DNA from: a virus
Direction: 5' to 3' (one strand)
DNA: 64,000 bases
IMG/VR virus record: IMGVR_UViG_3300045988_010396
Location: 32,001 to 96,000 of that record
Positions 27,988 to 37,442 of this stretch are shown in pieces; the stretch's first letter is position 1; each line of letters opens with the position of its first letter. The translations under genes were made by a program, and so were the position numbers. A model generated the notes under the pieces. The model saw nothing but the letters and a program-made list of their open reading frames with translations, did not search any database and was not told the origin of the DNA.

Positions 27988-28899
27988 ATGGAAGATATGG
28001 TAAGTGAAGCAAGTGCTCAAGCTCTTAACCAATTAGAGCAGGCTCGTCAAGAGCTTGAAAGAGCTATTACGGATTATGAGATACCTGAGGAAGCTCAATT
28101 GAGTCCAGAAGAGGAAGCAATGTTGTCAGTAGCAATGGATAGTACACATCGTGAAATACCAGTAAACTCACAGACAATCACTATAGATGAGACTACAAGC
28201 AGGTTCAGTGGAGCTATATGGTATGAGGAGATACAGAAACAGACTGTCACTTTGGCAGGTGTTGGAGGTATTGGCAGCTATGTAGGCTTTTTGTTAAGTA
28301 GATTGAAGCCAAATAGACTTATCATATATGACCCTGACAGAGTTGAGACTGTCAATATGTCAGGTCAGTTGTATGGTCAGACAGATGTAGGTCGTTATAA
28401 GTGTGCAGCTCTTGCCGATATGGTCATGAACTACGCTAACTATTGCAATATAGTGGCATTGGGCCAAAGGTTTGAGGATAACTCTGAGGCTACTGACATT
28501 ATGATATGTGGCTTTGATAATATGGCAGCAAGAAGGACATTCTATGAGAAGTGGAAGCAGAGAGTATTGTCCTATCCTGCTGGTAGTGATAATAGAAAGA
28601 AGTGTCTATTCATAGATGGAAGATTGGCAGCAGAAGAGTTCCAAGTATTGTCTATTCAAGGGGATGATGAGAGGGCTATGGCAGCATATGAAGACAAGTG
28701 GCTGTTCAGTGATGTAGAAGCTGAGGAGACTATATGCTCCTATAAGCAGACTACATTTATGGCTAACATGATTGCATCAGTAATGGTCAATGTCTTTGTA
28801 AACTTCATAGCTAACCAATGTGGTCCTATCATAGATAGGGATGTGCCTTTCTTCATATCCTATGATGCAAGTACAATGTTTACTAAAGTTGAAATGTAA
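27988..28899 (+). CDS. E1-like ThiF/MoeB-family adenylyltransferase
   Basis: Rossmann motif VTLAGVGGIGSYVG and C-terminal Cys residues; immediately downstream of the JAB gene. Confidence 0.7.
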   Translation: MEDMVSEASAQALNQLEQARQELERAITDYEIPEEAQLSPEEEAMLSVAMDSTHREIPVNSQTITIDETTSRFSGAIWYEEIQKQTVTLAGVGGIGSYVGFLLSRLKPNRLIIYDPDRVETVNMSGQLYGQTDVGRYKCAALADMVMNYANYCNIVALGQRFEDNSEATDIMICGFDNMAARRTFYEKWKQRVLSYPAGSDNRKKCLFIDGRLAAEEFQVLSIQGDDERAMAAYEDKWLFSDVEAEETICSYKQTTFMANMIASVMVNVFVNFIANQCGPIIDRDVPFFISYDASTMFTKVEM

Positions 28900-29696
28900 T
28901 GCAAAGAGTAAGTGATAGAATGGGTCATACTATTGAATATATGTATAACTCAACAGGAGCTGTAAGTGGCAGCGGAGTTTCAGCTGCATATGTTAATTAC
29001 TCCTCGCACACAGTGTTTCCACTATTCTTTAGGGTTTCTTTACAAGGGGATAAGATTGAGCTTCCCATACTTGCCAAGGAGTGCGTGCAAGGTGACCTTC
29101 TTGCAAGATTAGAGGCTAGGTCAAACCCTCTCAGAAGAAGGGACATCATTATGCCCCTCTCTACTCTAGAGTTTAACCATGCTCCTTATAGAACAGCAGA
29201 TGCCTTAATCAGGAATCTGGTGGAGTTCAACTCCAGTAGGGGGGACATGTATCTGAGGGCCAAGACCAACAAAGGAGAGACATACTATGGATGTAATGGT
29301 ACTATATTCAACAAGGATATGGTTCCACTTATCTTCAATGTCATAGAATGTGAGATTGTGGGTAATACTCTTGCCTATAAGAGAGTCAAGAGTTATATAC
29401 ATCCATCAGTATTCTATTCTGATGGTATTGTGGAGAAGTGTATAGCCAACAAGATTATCCCATTTGTCATGCAGAATGGTGTAGATGTGAGACCCTATGA
29501 CTCAAGGATAGTCAATGACATCAGCTATGTAAATATAGGAGGAGTAAGGAAGACTATACCTGAGCTGTCAGTTGCCAATGTAGCTGACAGGTTCTTCTGT
29601 AAGCCCATTCTTCCTAGTGTGGCATATAGTGATGACAACATCAATGATATGCTTAACAGAAACATTGATGATATATTCAATATCATTGGGGTATGA
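28899..29696 (+). CDS. hypothetical protein
   Basis: 265-aa ORF translationally coupled to the E1-like gene. Confidence 0.45.
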   Translation: MQRVSDRMGHTIEYMYNSTGAVSGSGVSAAYVNYSSHTVFPLFFRVSLQGDKIELPILAKECVQGDLLARLEARSNPLRRRDIIMPLSTLEFNHAPYRTADALIRNLVEFNSSRGDMYLRAKTNKGETYYGCNGTIFNKDMVPLIFNVIECEIVGNTLAYKRVKSYIHPSVFYSDGIVEKCIANKIIPFVMQNGVDVRPYDSRIVNDISYVNIGGVRKTIPELSVANVADRFFCKPILPSVAYSDDNINDMLNRNIDDIFNIIGV

Positions 29697-30397
29697 CACT
29701 TGAGGAATACTTTGGTGATTGGCTTAGAGTGATTGACAGAGCAGAGTTAGATAAGGTATTGATACTCCTTAACAGGATGTATAAGGTAAAACCTATATGT
29801 CCTGCACAGGAGAATGTATTCAAGGCATTCAACTTGTGTAAGTACCATGACTGTAAGGTGGTATTCATAGGTCAAGACCCATATCCTCAGAAGGGTGTGG
29901 CTACTGGCATATTGTTTGGAAATGATGCAAGTACTAGAGAAGATGACTGGTCTCCATCGTTAAAAATTGTTAGAGATTCAGTTATAGACTTGCGTAGACC
30001 ACATAATTTGATTACCTTTGACCCCACTTTAGAATCATGGGCTAAACAAGGAATCCTTATGATTAACTCTGCTTTGACAGTAGAGATGAATAAGGTAGGC
30101 TCACACACTATGTTGTGGAGGACCTTCATCTCAAAGCTACTAAAGAAGATGTCTGAGTATGATGCTGGTATGATATATGTGCTGTTTGGTGGCACTGCCC
30201 GTACCTTCAAGCCATATATAGGAAAGTATAATGATGCGATAGAGATAGAGCATCCTGCATACTTTGCAAGAATCAACCAAGACATGCCCTCAGATATATT
30301 CTATAAGATTAACAGACTATTAAAAGATAGGTGTAACTACCAGATTAACTGGTATAAAGAAGAAAAATATGAACAAATTGAAACTGAAAAAGAGTAG
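29693..30397 (+). CDS. ung: uracil-DNA glycosylase (family 1)
   Basis: VVFIGQDPYP...GVATGILFGN water-activating and uracil-pocket motifs. Confidence 0.8.
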   Translation: MTLEEYFGDWLRVIDRAELDKVLILLNRMYKVKPICPAQENVFKAFNLCKYHDCKVVFIGQDPYPQKGVATGILFGNDASTREDDWSPSLKIVRDSVIDLRRPHNLITFDPTLESWAKQGILMINSALTVEMNKVGSHTMLWRTFISKLLKKMSEYDAGMIYVLFGGTARTFKPYIGKYNDAIEIEHPAYFARINQDMPSDIFYKINRLLKDRCNYQINWYKEEKYEQIETEKE

Positions 30398-30902
30398 TAA
30401 AGAGGTCAAGATGGGTGAGCAACTCATCAAAGTTGTGAATTTATGTGGTATTCCTATACCTATAGCACAGGTTGAGATTAACAAAACTACTCTTCCTGAC
30501 CTTATCAAACATGGTATAATAGTGGCAGGAGGCTCTGATAGTGACATTGACATCACTATTGAAGGTGCAATACAGCATCTGGCTAATAGGATTGGATGGA
30601 ACAAAGAGAACCTTGAGAAGTACCTCAGCAACCTCTATAAGATTAGCCCTGCTGCTGCCTTTGAGATTGTACTGAAGGAGGTGGCTATCCTGCTTGATGA
30701 GAAGTATCCTGACCACATCAACAACAGCAATGAGATTTGGGTAATCAATAAGGTCAGCGGAGGAGTTCAGAAACTCAAGGACCTGAGTAAAATCAAGAGT
30801 TTCCAGCACTTTGCAGCTTTCAGAAGTCTTGAGGATGCTCTTGTAGCCAGGAGAGTAATGGCCCCTGTATTGAAGAATTTGTATGGAAAACAAAAGAATT
30901 AA
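30369..30902 (+). CDS. hypothetical protein
   Basis: 177-aa ORF. Confidence 0.4.
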   Translation: MNKLKLKKSSKEVKMGEQLIKVVNLCGIPIPIAQVEINKTTLPDLIKHGIIVAGGSDSDIDITIEGAIQHLANRIGWNKENLEKYLSNLYKISPAAAFEIVLKEVAILLDEKYPDHINNSNEIWVINKVSGGVQKLKDLSKIKSFQHFAAFRSLEDALVARRVMAPVLKNLYGKQKN

Positions 30903-31335
30903 AGGTGCTACACCTTTAGTTGTTGAAGACATTAAGTTCAAATCCAAAATTGAAGCAAGTGTGTATAAGCACTTGCTTCAAGCTGGATTTGACCCAGTGT
31001 ATGAGGGTATGAAGTTCACTATATGGAGTGGCTTCAAGCCTACAGTCCCATTCTATACAAGTATAGGGCGGAGCAATGGACTTAATATGAAGAAAACTAT
31101 AGACATCACTTATACCCCAGACTTCACATTCATGTATAATGGTAAGCTGATTATCATAGAGGTTAAGGGGCTTCAGAATGATGTCTTTCCATATAAGTTC
31201 AAGATGTTCAGAGGTATGCTTGAGAGAGAACCTTATGTAGGCAATACCCTACTATTTGAAATATTCAACATCAAGCAACTAAAGGAGTGTATAGAAATCA
31301 TAAAATCTTATGACTCCAATACAGAGACTAAATAG
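30883..31335 (+). CDS. PD-(D/E)XK nuclease-fold protein
   Basis: TPDF...KLIIIEVKG (D...E-V-K). Confidence 0.4.
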   Translation: MENKRIKGATPLVVEDIKFKSKIEASVYKHLLQAGFDPVYEGMKFTIWSGFKPTVPFYTSIGRSNGLNMKKTIDITYTPDFTFMYNGKLIIIEVKGLQNDVFPYKFKMFRGMLEREPYVGNTLLFEIFNIKQLKECIEIIKSYDSNTETK

Positions 31336-31579
31336 CTTGGTAAAATCATTCCCAGAGAGAGATAGGGGATTGGCGCAGAAGATGTTGGATGAAAGGAAGT
31401 TTGAAGACTTATGGGAACTTGTAAAGTCCTCTATCTATATGGTGAGGAAGTACAAGGACAAGTATGAAGCTGACCTTACTGATATGACTGTGTTCAAGTC
31501 TGAACTATCCTCCTATATGGACCAGTTAGGTCTGGAGGATGATGAGGAAGAATTGATTGACACTTATGAAGAGTATTAG
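31310..31579 (+). CDS. acidic hypothetical protein
   Basis: 89-aa ORF. Confidence 0.35.
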   Translation: MTPIQRLNSLVKSFPERDRGLAQKMLDERKFEDLWELVKSSIYMVRKYKDKYEADLTDMTVFKSELSSYMDQLGLEDDEEELIDTYEEY

Positions 31580-31588
31580 AGAACTAGC

Positions 31589-32191
31589 ATGGAGTGTAGT
31601 ATTTGGATTTATCAAAAATTCTTAGTATCTTTGCACTTTGCAACTAAAGTTTTTGAAGATATGGAAGAAATTTGGAAAGACATTCCTGGATATGAGGGAT
31701 TGTACCAAGTTAGTAGTCTTGGAAGGTTCAAAGCTCTGAGTAGAGTAAGAAAGGGAATTTATGGAAATAGAATCTACAAGGAAAAGTTATTATCTCCTAA
31801 AGTGAATTTTGATAGGTACTACTATGTAACCTTAACTAAGGAAGGTAAGAAAACTAGTTATAGAGCACATAGACTAGTAGCTTTAGCTTTTCTTGGAGAT
31901 AGCAATCTAGTCATAGACCACATTGACGGTAATCCCTTGAATAATGAGGTTACTAATCTAAGATATGTATCTCAAGCTGAGAATGTTTCTAATCCTAATA
32001 CTATATGTAAGCAGTATAAGCCTGTTATACAGTTGTCTATGGATGATACTGTTATAGCTGAGTATCCTTCAGTTATGAGTGCTGCACTAGCAGTGGGAGC
32101 TTATAAATATGGGACTCATATAGGGCAGTGCTGTAATGGAAAGAGGACTACTGCATATAATTATAAATGGAAATGGAAAGAAAAAGTATAA
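31589..32191 (+). CDS. HNH homing endonuclease (NUMOD4 plus HNH_3)
   Basis: WKDIPGYEGLYQVSSLGRFKAL then AHRLVALAFLG...DHIDGNPLNN...N. Confidence 0.75.
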   Translation: MECSIWIYQKFLVSLHFATKVFEDMEEIWKDIPGYEGLYQVSSLGRFKALSRVRKGIYGNRIYKEKLLSPKVNFDRYYYVTLTKEGKKTSYRAHRLVALAFLGDSNLVIDHIDGNPLNNEVTNLRYVSQAENVSNPNTICKQYKPVIQLSMDDTVIAEYPSVMSAALAVGAYKYGTHIGQCCNGKRTTAYNYKWKWKEKV

Positions 32192-33216
32192 AAGACATCT
32201 CATGGCAAGTTTCAGAGCCAACCTATAGGGCTGATAGTGCTATAAGCTATTCAACCCTAAGTAGATTTGAAAGGGAAGGGTGGAGAAAGCTTGGCTCACT
32301 CTTTGATAAGATTGAAACACCCTCACTCACATTTGGAAGTGCTGTTGATACTAAGCTGACTGATGGGGATGAGGCATTCAATGAGAGGTTCATTGTATGT
32401 GACTTCCCACCATTGTCAGATACATTGATAAGCATTACAAAGTTCCTCCACAAGAACTTCCATGAGAGCCATAGGAAACTCAGCATGATAGATGATGCTG
32501 AGATTAGTAGGGCTGCATTGATGTTCAACTATTATGCTAATCCCAAGTATGAGAACTTTAGGGTAAAGAGTATTAAGGAGAGCTGTAGTGAATACTATTC
32601 ACTTCTTACATTAGCAGGAGACAGGACTGTACTATCACAGAATGACTATGCTGACGTAATGGCTTGTGTGGAAGAGTTAAAGACCAATTCAGCAACCAAG
32701 TATTTCTTTAGCTCAAATCCTTTTGAGACTCAGATTGAGAAGGTGTTCCAGTTGAAGTTCAGAGCAGAGTTTCAAGGCATACCTGTCAGATGTATGTTTG
32801 ACGAGATTATTGTAGACCATGAGAAGAAGATAATATACCCTATAGACTTAAAGACTACAGGTCACCCTGAGGAAGAGTTTGAGGAGTCTTTCTCTCAATG
32901 GAGATATGATATTCAAGCCAAGCTATATACCTATATATTACAGGAGTGTATCAAGAATGATGAGTACTTCAAAGACTTCAAGATACAGCCCTATCAGTTT
33001 GTAGTTATAAACAGAAGGACTGTAGCTCCTATTGTATGGGTGTTTGAAGGGAACTTTGGACAAGTAGACCTTAAAGATGACAAAGGTAATATATTGAGGG
33101 ATTGGAGGAAGATACTCAGTGAACTTCATTATTACCTGAGATACTCTGGCAAATATAGTATAAGGGCAATGGAAAATAACTGTGTATTAAAGATAAATAA
33201 TTTGACAATATGTTGA
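32167..33216 (+). CDS. RecB-family PD-(D/E)XK exonuclease (lambda Exo / Cas4-like fold)
   Basis: FDEIIVD...IDLKT...QWRYDIQAKLY (D, D-x-K, QxxxY). Confidence 0.6.
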   Translation: MEMERKSIKDISWQVSEPTYRADSAISYSTLSRFEREGWRKLGSLFDKIETPSLTFGSAVDTKLTDGDEAFNERFIVCDFPPLSDTLISITKFLHKNFHESHRKLSMIDDAEISRAALMFNYYANPKYENFRVKSIKESCSEYYSLLTLAGDRTVLSQNDYADVMACVEELKTNSATKYFFSSNPFETQIEKVFQLKFRAEFQGIPVRCMFDEIIVDHEKKIIYPIDLKTTGHPEEEFEESFSQWRYDIQAKLYTYILQECIKNDEYFKDFKIQPYQFVVINRRTVAPIVWVFEGNFGQVDLKDDKGNILRDWRKILSELHYYLRYSGKYSIRAMENNCVLKINNLTIC

Positions 33217-34970
33217 AAGTAGTTAAGAGAGACAGAAGTATTGAGGACTTTAATGCCCAAAAGGTAGTCAGTGCAGTCCAGAAGGCATTTGCATCAGCGG
33301 GATGTGTTTTTTCTGAGTATCTGAACACAATGATACCTGCCTTGTTTGAAGAGGGGGATATTATTGGTGTAGAGGATATACAGGATAGAGTAGAGCAACT
33401 GCTGATGAATGACAAGCACTTCAAGGCTGCTAAGTCATATATCCTATATAGGGAGAAGCACAAGCAAGCCAGGTTTATTAGAGAAAGGATTGATTATATG
33501 TCCAACTATGCAGATTCTGATGATAATGCTGCTAGTTCTTCAGAGACTGACCCTAATGCTAATGTAACCCAGAAGAATGTTGCCAATCTTGATGGGGAAG
33601 TTTATAAGACAGAGAATAGGATTATTCAGAGGCAAAGGATGAAGGATGAACTTAATATCCTTTATCCAGAGGTAGCAAAGCAGTATGAAGTGGATATTGA
33701 GAACCATATATTCTACCCTCACGATGAAGCTAGTGTACCTACTTTGAAGTTCTATTGTCAGGCAGATACTCTTTATCCACTTATGACAGAAGGTGTAGGT
33801 AATATAGATGGTGTGACACCAACTCCTCCTAATGATTTACAATCATTTAGTGGACAAATAACTAATCTTACCTTCTTGCTTTCTTCTCAGTGTAAAGGTG
33901 CAGTAGCCTTTGGAGAATATTTCATTGCTCTGAACTATTACATCATTGCAGAGTTTGGGGATAAATGGTATGAGAAGCTTGATTGTGTTGTAACGTCTCC
34001 TCATTGTAGGATTCAAAGAACAGTCAGAGATTTCATAGAGAAAGCCTTCAAGCAGTTTATCTATGGCATTAATCAACCTGCTGGTAATAGGTCATATCAG
34101 AGTCCATTTACAAATGTATCTTATTATGACCATACATACTTTAGTTCATTGTTTGGAGAATTTTGTTATCCTGATGGAACTAAGCCTGAGTGGGCTGCAA
34201 TTAATGTTCTTCAGAAGATGTTTATGAAGTTCTTCAATAAACTTAGAACCAAGCAGATTTTGACCTTCCCTGTTGAAACACTGGCAATGGTACATGATGA
34301 CAAGGATATTATAGACAGAGAATATAAGGATTTCTGCGCAGAAATGTATGCAGAAGGACACTCATTCTTTACTTATATTTCAGATAGTGCTGATAGTCTT
34401 GCATCATGCTGTAGATTGAGAAATGAACTTGCAGAGAATACTTTCAATCCTACATCAGGTCTTACTGGTGTTATGACTGGTAGCTGCAATGTTATCACTC
34501 TTAATATCAATAGGATTATACAGGATTGTGATAAGGCTTATGGGTTGAAGAGAAATGGTGGTTGGAAAGAGAATACCTCATTTATTAAGGATTACTTAGT
34601 AGATATTCTTCATAGAGTCTATAAGTATCATATTGCTTATAAGACTATGCTCTATGAACAAGAAGAGAAAGGTATGTTTGCAGCTTGCAATGGTGGATAT
34701 ATCAGGGTGTCAAAGCTATACAGTACCGTAGGTATCAATGGCTTGAATGAGGCTGCTAAGTTCTTAGGTCTTGAAGTATCTAACAACAAGGACTATATAG
34801 AGTTCTTGCAGTTGGTTCTTGGCACTATTAAGGAACAGAACAAGTTACACTCTATCCATGACAAGAAGAGACCTTTCCTGTTTAATTCTGAGGTAGTTCC
34901 TGCTGAGTCTCTCGGTGGTAAGAATTATAGATGGGATAAAGAGGATGGATTAGAACCAATGTCCATCTAA
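33210..34970 (+). CDS. nrdD: anaerobic ribonucleoside-triphosphate reductase NrdD, N-terminal 586 aa (ATP-cone plus catalytic barrel)
   Basis: ATP-cone VVKRDRSIEDFNAQKVVSAVQKAF; length and order consistent with class III RNR; lacks the Gly-radical C-terminus. Confidence 0.8.
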   Translation: MLKVVKRDRSIEDFNAQKVVSAVQKAFASAGCVFSEYLNTMIPALFEEGDIIGVEDIQDRVEQLLMNDKHFKAAKSYILYREKHKQARFIRERIDYMSNYADSDDNAASSSETDPNANVTQKNVANLDGEVYKTENRIIQRQRMKDELNILYPEVAKQYEVDIENHIFYPHDEASVPTLKFYCQADTLYPLMTEGVGNIDGVTPTPPNDLQSFSGQITNLTFLLSSQCKGAVAFGEYFIALNYYIIAEFGDKWYEKLDCVVTSPHCRIQRTVRDFIEKAFKQFIYGINQPAGNRSYQSPFTNVSYYDHTYFSSLFGEFCYPDGTKPEWAAINVLQKMFMKFFNKLRTKQILTFPVETLAMVHDDKDIIDREYKDFCAEMYAEGHSFFTYISDSADSLASCCRLRNELAENTFNPTSGLTGVMTGSCNVITLNINRIIQDCDKAYGLKRNGGWKENTSFIKDYLVDILHRVYKYHIAYKTMLYEQEEKGMFAACNGGYIRVSKLYSTVGINGLNEAAKFLGLEVSNNKDYIEFLQLVLGTIKEQNKLHSIHDKKRPFLFNSEVVPAESLGGKNYRWDKEDGLEPMSI

Positions 34971-35743
34971 AACCTCTTTTAATTGACTCAGAAGTCCCTA
35001 TGGGATTATGAGGGGCAAGCAAGGGAAACCTGTGCAGCCTGACAGACTAAACAAAGAGGACTTTAATATACAATCTGTGAAGATAGAATATTAAAGTATG
35101 CAATAGTCGGAACTCTATGGTAACATAGAGAGGTTAATAGAAATATTAACCCATTTATTAGAAATATGGTTATAATCTTGCATAATTGGGATAAAAGTTT
35201 TAACTTTGCTCCCAAAATGATTAAGTATGGAGACTAAATTATGTAAGATTTGTGGTAGAGAATTACCATTGGAGATGTTTGATGAAGGAAGACATCAATG
35301 TAAGGATTGTAGAAGAGCTTATAGGAAGCAAAGGAGATTGGAACATCCTGAGATTCACAGGGCACAAGCTACAAGAAGGCAGGATAGGCAAGGAGAATGG
35401 CTTAATAGCATAAAAACTCCCTGTATTGTCTGTGGAGAAGCAGAACCTGTTTGTATTGACTTTCATCATATCAATCCAGTAGATAAGGAATTTACCATAG
35501 GTAAGTATAGAAGTAGGAGCAAGGAGTGGCTTCTGCAAGAAGTAAGTAAGTGTGTTTGCTTATGTGCTAATTGTCATAGGAAAGTACATGCTGGTTTGAT
35601 AAACTTAAATAACTATATTGCTAATGAATCACCTCTCTGCACAACGGGAGAGGGTGTAACAGAATGATTGGGTCCCTGAAGATGAAAATCTTTACAACTC
35701 ATATTTCTTTGATGCCCATAATGATACTTCAGTACTAGATAAG
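34971..35743 (+). mobile_element. intervening element in nrdD: candidate group I intron carrying an HNH endonuclease ORF
   Basis: GACAGACTAAAC at 35041-35052 resembles the group I P7(3')-J7/3 element (Tetrahymena CAGACUAAAU, T4 td GUGCUAAAU); HNH ORF inside; nrdD halves flank it. Confidence 0.5.
35227..35667 (+). CDS. HNH endonuclease (intron/insertion-encoded)
   Basis: CKICGR...CKDCRR...HHINPVDKE...CANCH.KVH. Confidence 0.75.
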   Translation: METKLCKICGRELPLEMFDEGRHQCKDCRRAYRKQRRLEHPEIHRAQATRRQDRQGEWLNSIKTPCIVCGEAEPVCIDFHHINPVDKEFTIGKYRSRSKEWLLQEVSKCVCLCANCHRKVHAGLINLNNYIANESPLCTTGEGVTE

Positions 35744-36079
35744 ATGATTCTGCATGGAAGGCAGACAGCACAATATTGTGACGGAGGCTCAGCTTGTCAT
35801 ATCAATCTTGAAGACCATCTGAGCAAAGAGCAGTATCTCAAGCTGATAGACTTTGCTGTAGCTAATGGAACAAACTACTTCACATTTAATATCCCTAATA
35901 GTAAGTGTGATGATTGTGGTTACATTACTAAGCATCCTATCACTGAGTGTCCTAAGTGTCATAGTAAGAACATTACTCAATATACAAGGGTTATAGGATA
36001 TTTAAGACCTATTAAGTCCTTTGGTAAGGATAGACAAATAGAGGCTAACAAGAGAGTATATAGTAATAATATAGAATAA
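35744..36079 (+). CDS. nrdD: NrdD C-terminal segment (Zn ribbon plus glycyl-radical domain)
   Basis: CDDCGY...CPKCHS followed by TRVIGYL (RVCGY glycyl-radical motif). Confidence 0.75.
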   Translation: MILHGRQTAQYCDGGSACHINLEDHLSKEQYLKLIDFAVANGTNYFTFNIPNSKCDDCGYITKHPITECPKCHSKNITQYTRVIGYLRPIKSFGKDRQIEANKRVYSNNIE

Positions 36080-36242
36080 TGGAAGATTATGAAATAATTG
36101 ATTGGCCTGATGTTCAAGCATATATGGAGTTAGAAGGGTTTGAAGAGAATAGTACTCTAATAACCCCTAATGACAGTATGGGAATAGGGTCTTCTACATA
36201 TCTTGTAGATAAAGAATGGTATGATTCGGTAAGAGCTGTGAT

Positions 36243-36701
36243 ATGATTAAATATGTAGATACTTTAATTGGGTTTGCAGAAATTCCTAATGAAATTTCTC
36301 TATGTATTAATATAAGTAATTGCCCCTGTCATTGCGAAGGATGTCACTCATCTTACTTAGCACAAGATATAGGAGAACCTCTTGATTTACAACATTTGAC
36401 TAACCTTATTGATACTAATAAGGGTATAACATGTGTATGTATAATGGGAGGTGATGCTAATCCAAGTGAAGTAGATGATATTGCACAAGACATTAAGGAA
36501 TACTATCCAGAATTGAAAGTTGGATGGTATAGTGGAAGGCAAGAGTTAAGTAATGACATTGACCTATTCAACTTTGACTATATAAAACTTGGACCATATA
36601 AGGAAGAGTTTGGTCCACTTAACAGTAGGACTACTAATCAAAGACTATATCAAATAAAGAATCATAAAATGTTAGATATAACATCTAGATTTTGGAAATA
36701 G
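36243..36701 (+). CDS. nrdG: anaerobic RNR activating enzyme NrdG (radical SAM)
   Basis: CPCHCEGC = C-x3-C-x2-C cluster motif; follows nrdD. Confidence 0.7.
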   Translation: MIKYVDTLIGFAEIPNEISLCINISNCPCHCEGCHSSYLAQDIGEPLDLQHLTNLIDTNKGITCVCIMGGDANPSEVDDIAQDIKEYYPELKVGWYSGRQELSNDIDLFNFDYIKLGPYKEEFGPLNSRTTNQRLYQIKNHKMLDITSRFWK

Positions 36702-36816
36702 ATGATAAACATTAAGATTAAGGAATATGGAGAAGAAGATACAGTAACAAGAATAATTACTGTAACTCTTTTCTATATTCCTATTTTTAGTTATAAGAAA
36801 ACTTCAACAAATAGAG

Positions 36817-37428
36817 TTGCAGTTAATCAGTTTAACAAACCAAAAGAAAGAGTTAGAATTAAAGGATTTAACAATGAAACTGAAAATTAAAGTAAAAGAG
36901 ATAGTAAAAGGTCTCTATACAGAGGCTAAAGATGAAAAGGGTAACTTGGTTCCTTTCATAAATCCTATTGGTGACTGCATTGACCTTAGAGCAGCAGCAG
37001 ACTATAAGTTTGAGGCCCCTCAAGCAGGTATTCTTCATCAGAAGGATGGAGTTAAGACAAGGGATGTAGAGTTTGATGAGAAGCTTGTTAAGCTTGGAAT
37101 TGCAATGCAATTGCCAAAGGGATTTAGTGCTAAGATTAAGCAGAGAAGCTCTACTACTAAGAAGCTTAGGCTTGTAATGGCTTCCTCTGGCTTTATTGAT
37201 ACAGTGTATTGCGGAGATAATGATGAGTGGGGGTTCTATTGTTATTCAGTAGATAAAACCACTATTCATAAGGGAGAGAGGGTTTGTCAATTTGAAATTG
37301 TGCCTAATCAGTTTGCAACTGTGTGGCAAAAGCTTAAGTGGCTCTTCTCTAGTAAGATAGAGTTTGAGTGGGTTGATAAGCTTGGTAATGCAGACAGAGG
37401 TGGCCATGGGTCTACTGGCACTAATTAA
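36817..37428 (+). CDS. dut: dUTPase
   Basis: motifs I GDCIDLRA, II QRSS, III GFIDTVYCGD, IV RVCQFEI, V RGGHGSTG. Confidence 0.8.
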   Translation: MQLISLTNQKKELELKDLTMKLKIKVKEIVKGLYTEAKDEKGNLVPFINPIGDCIDLRAAADYKFEAPQAGILHQKDGVKTRDVEFDEKLVKLGIAMQLPKGFSAKIKQRSSTTKKLRLVMASSGFIDTVYCGDNDEWGFYCYSVDKTTIHKGERVCQFEIVPNQFATVWQKLKWLFSSKIEFEWVDKLGNADRGGHGSTGTN

Positions 37429-37442
37429 AACAAGTATAGAAC

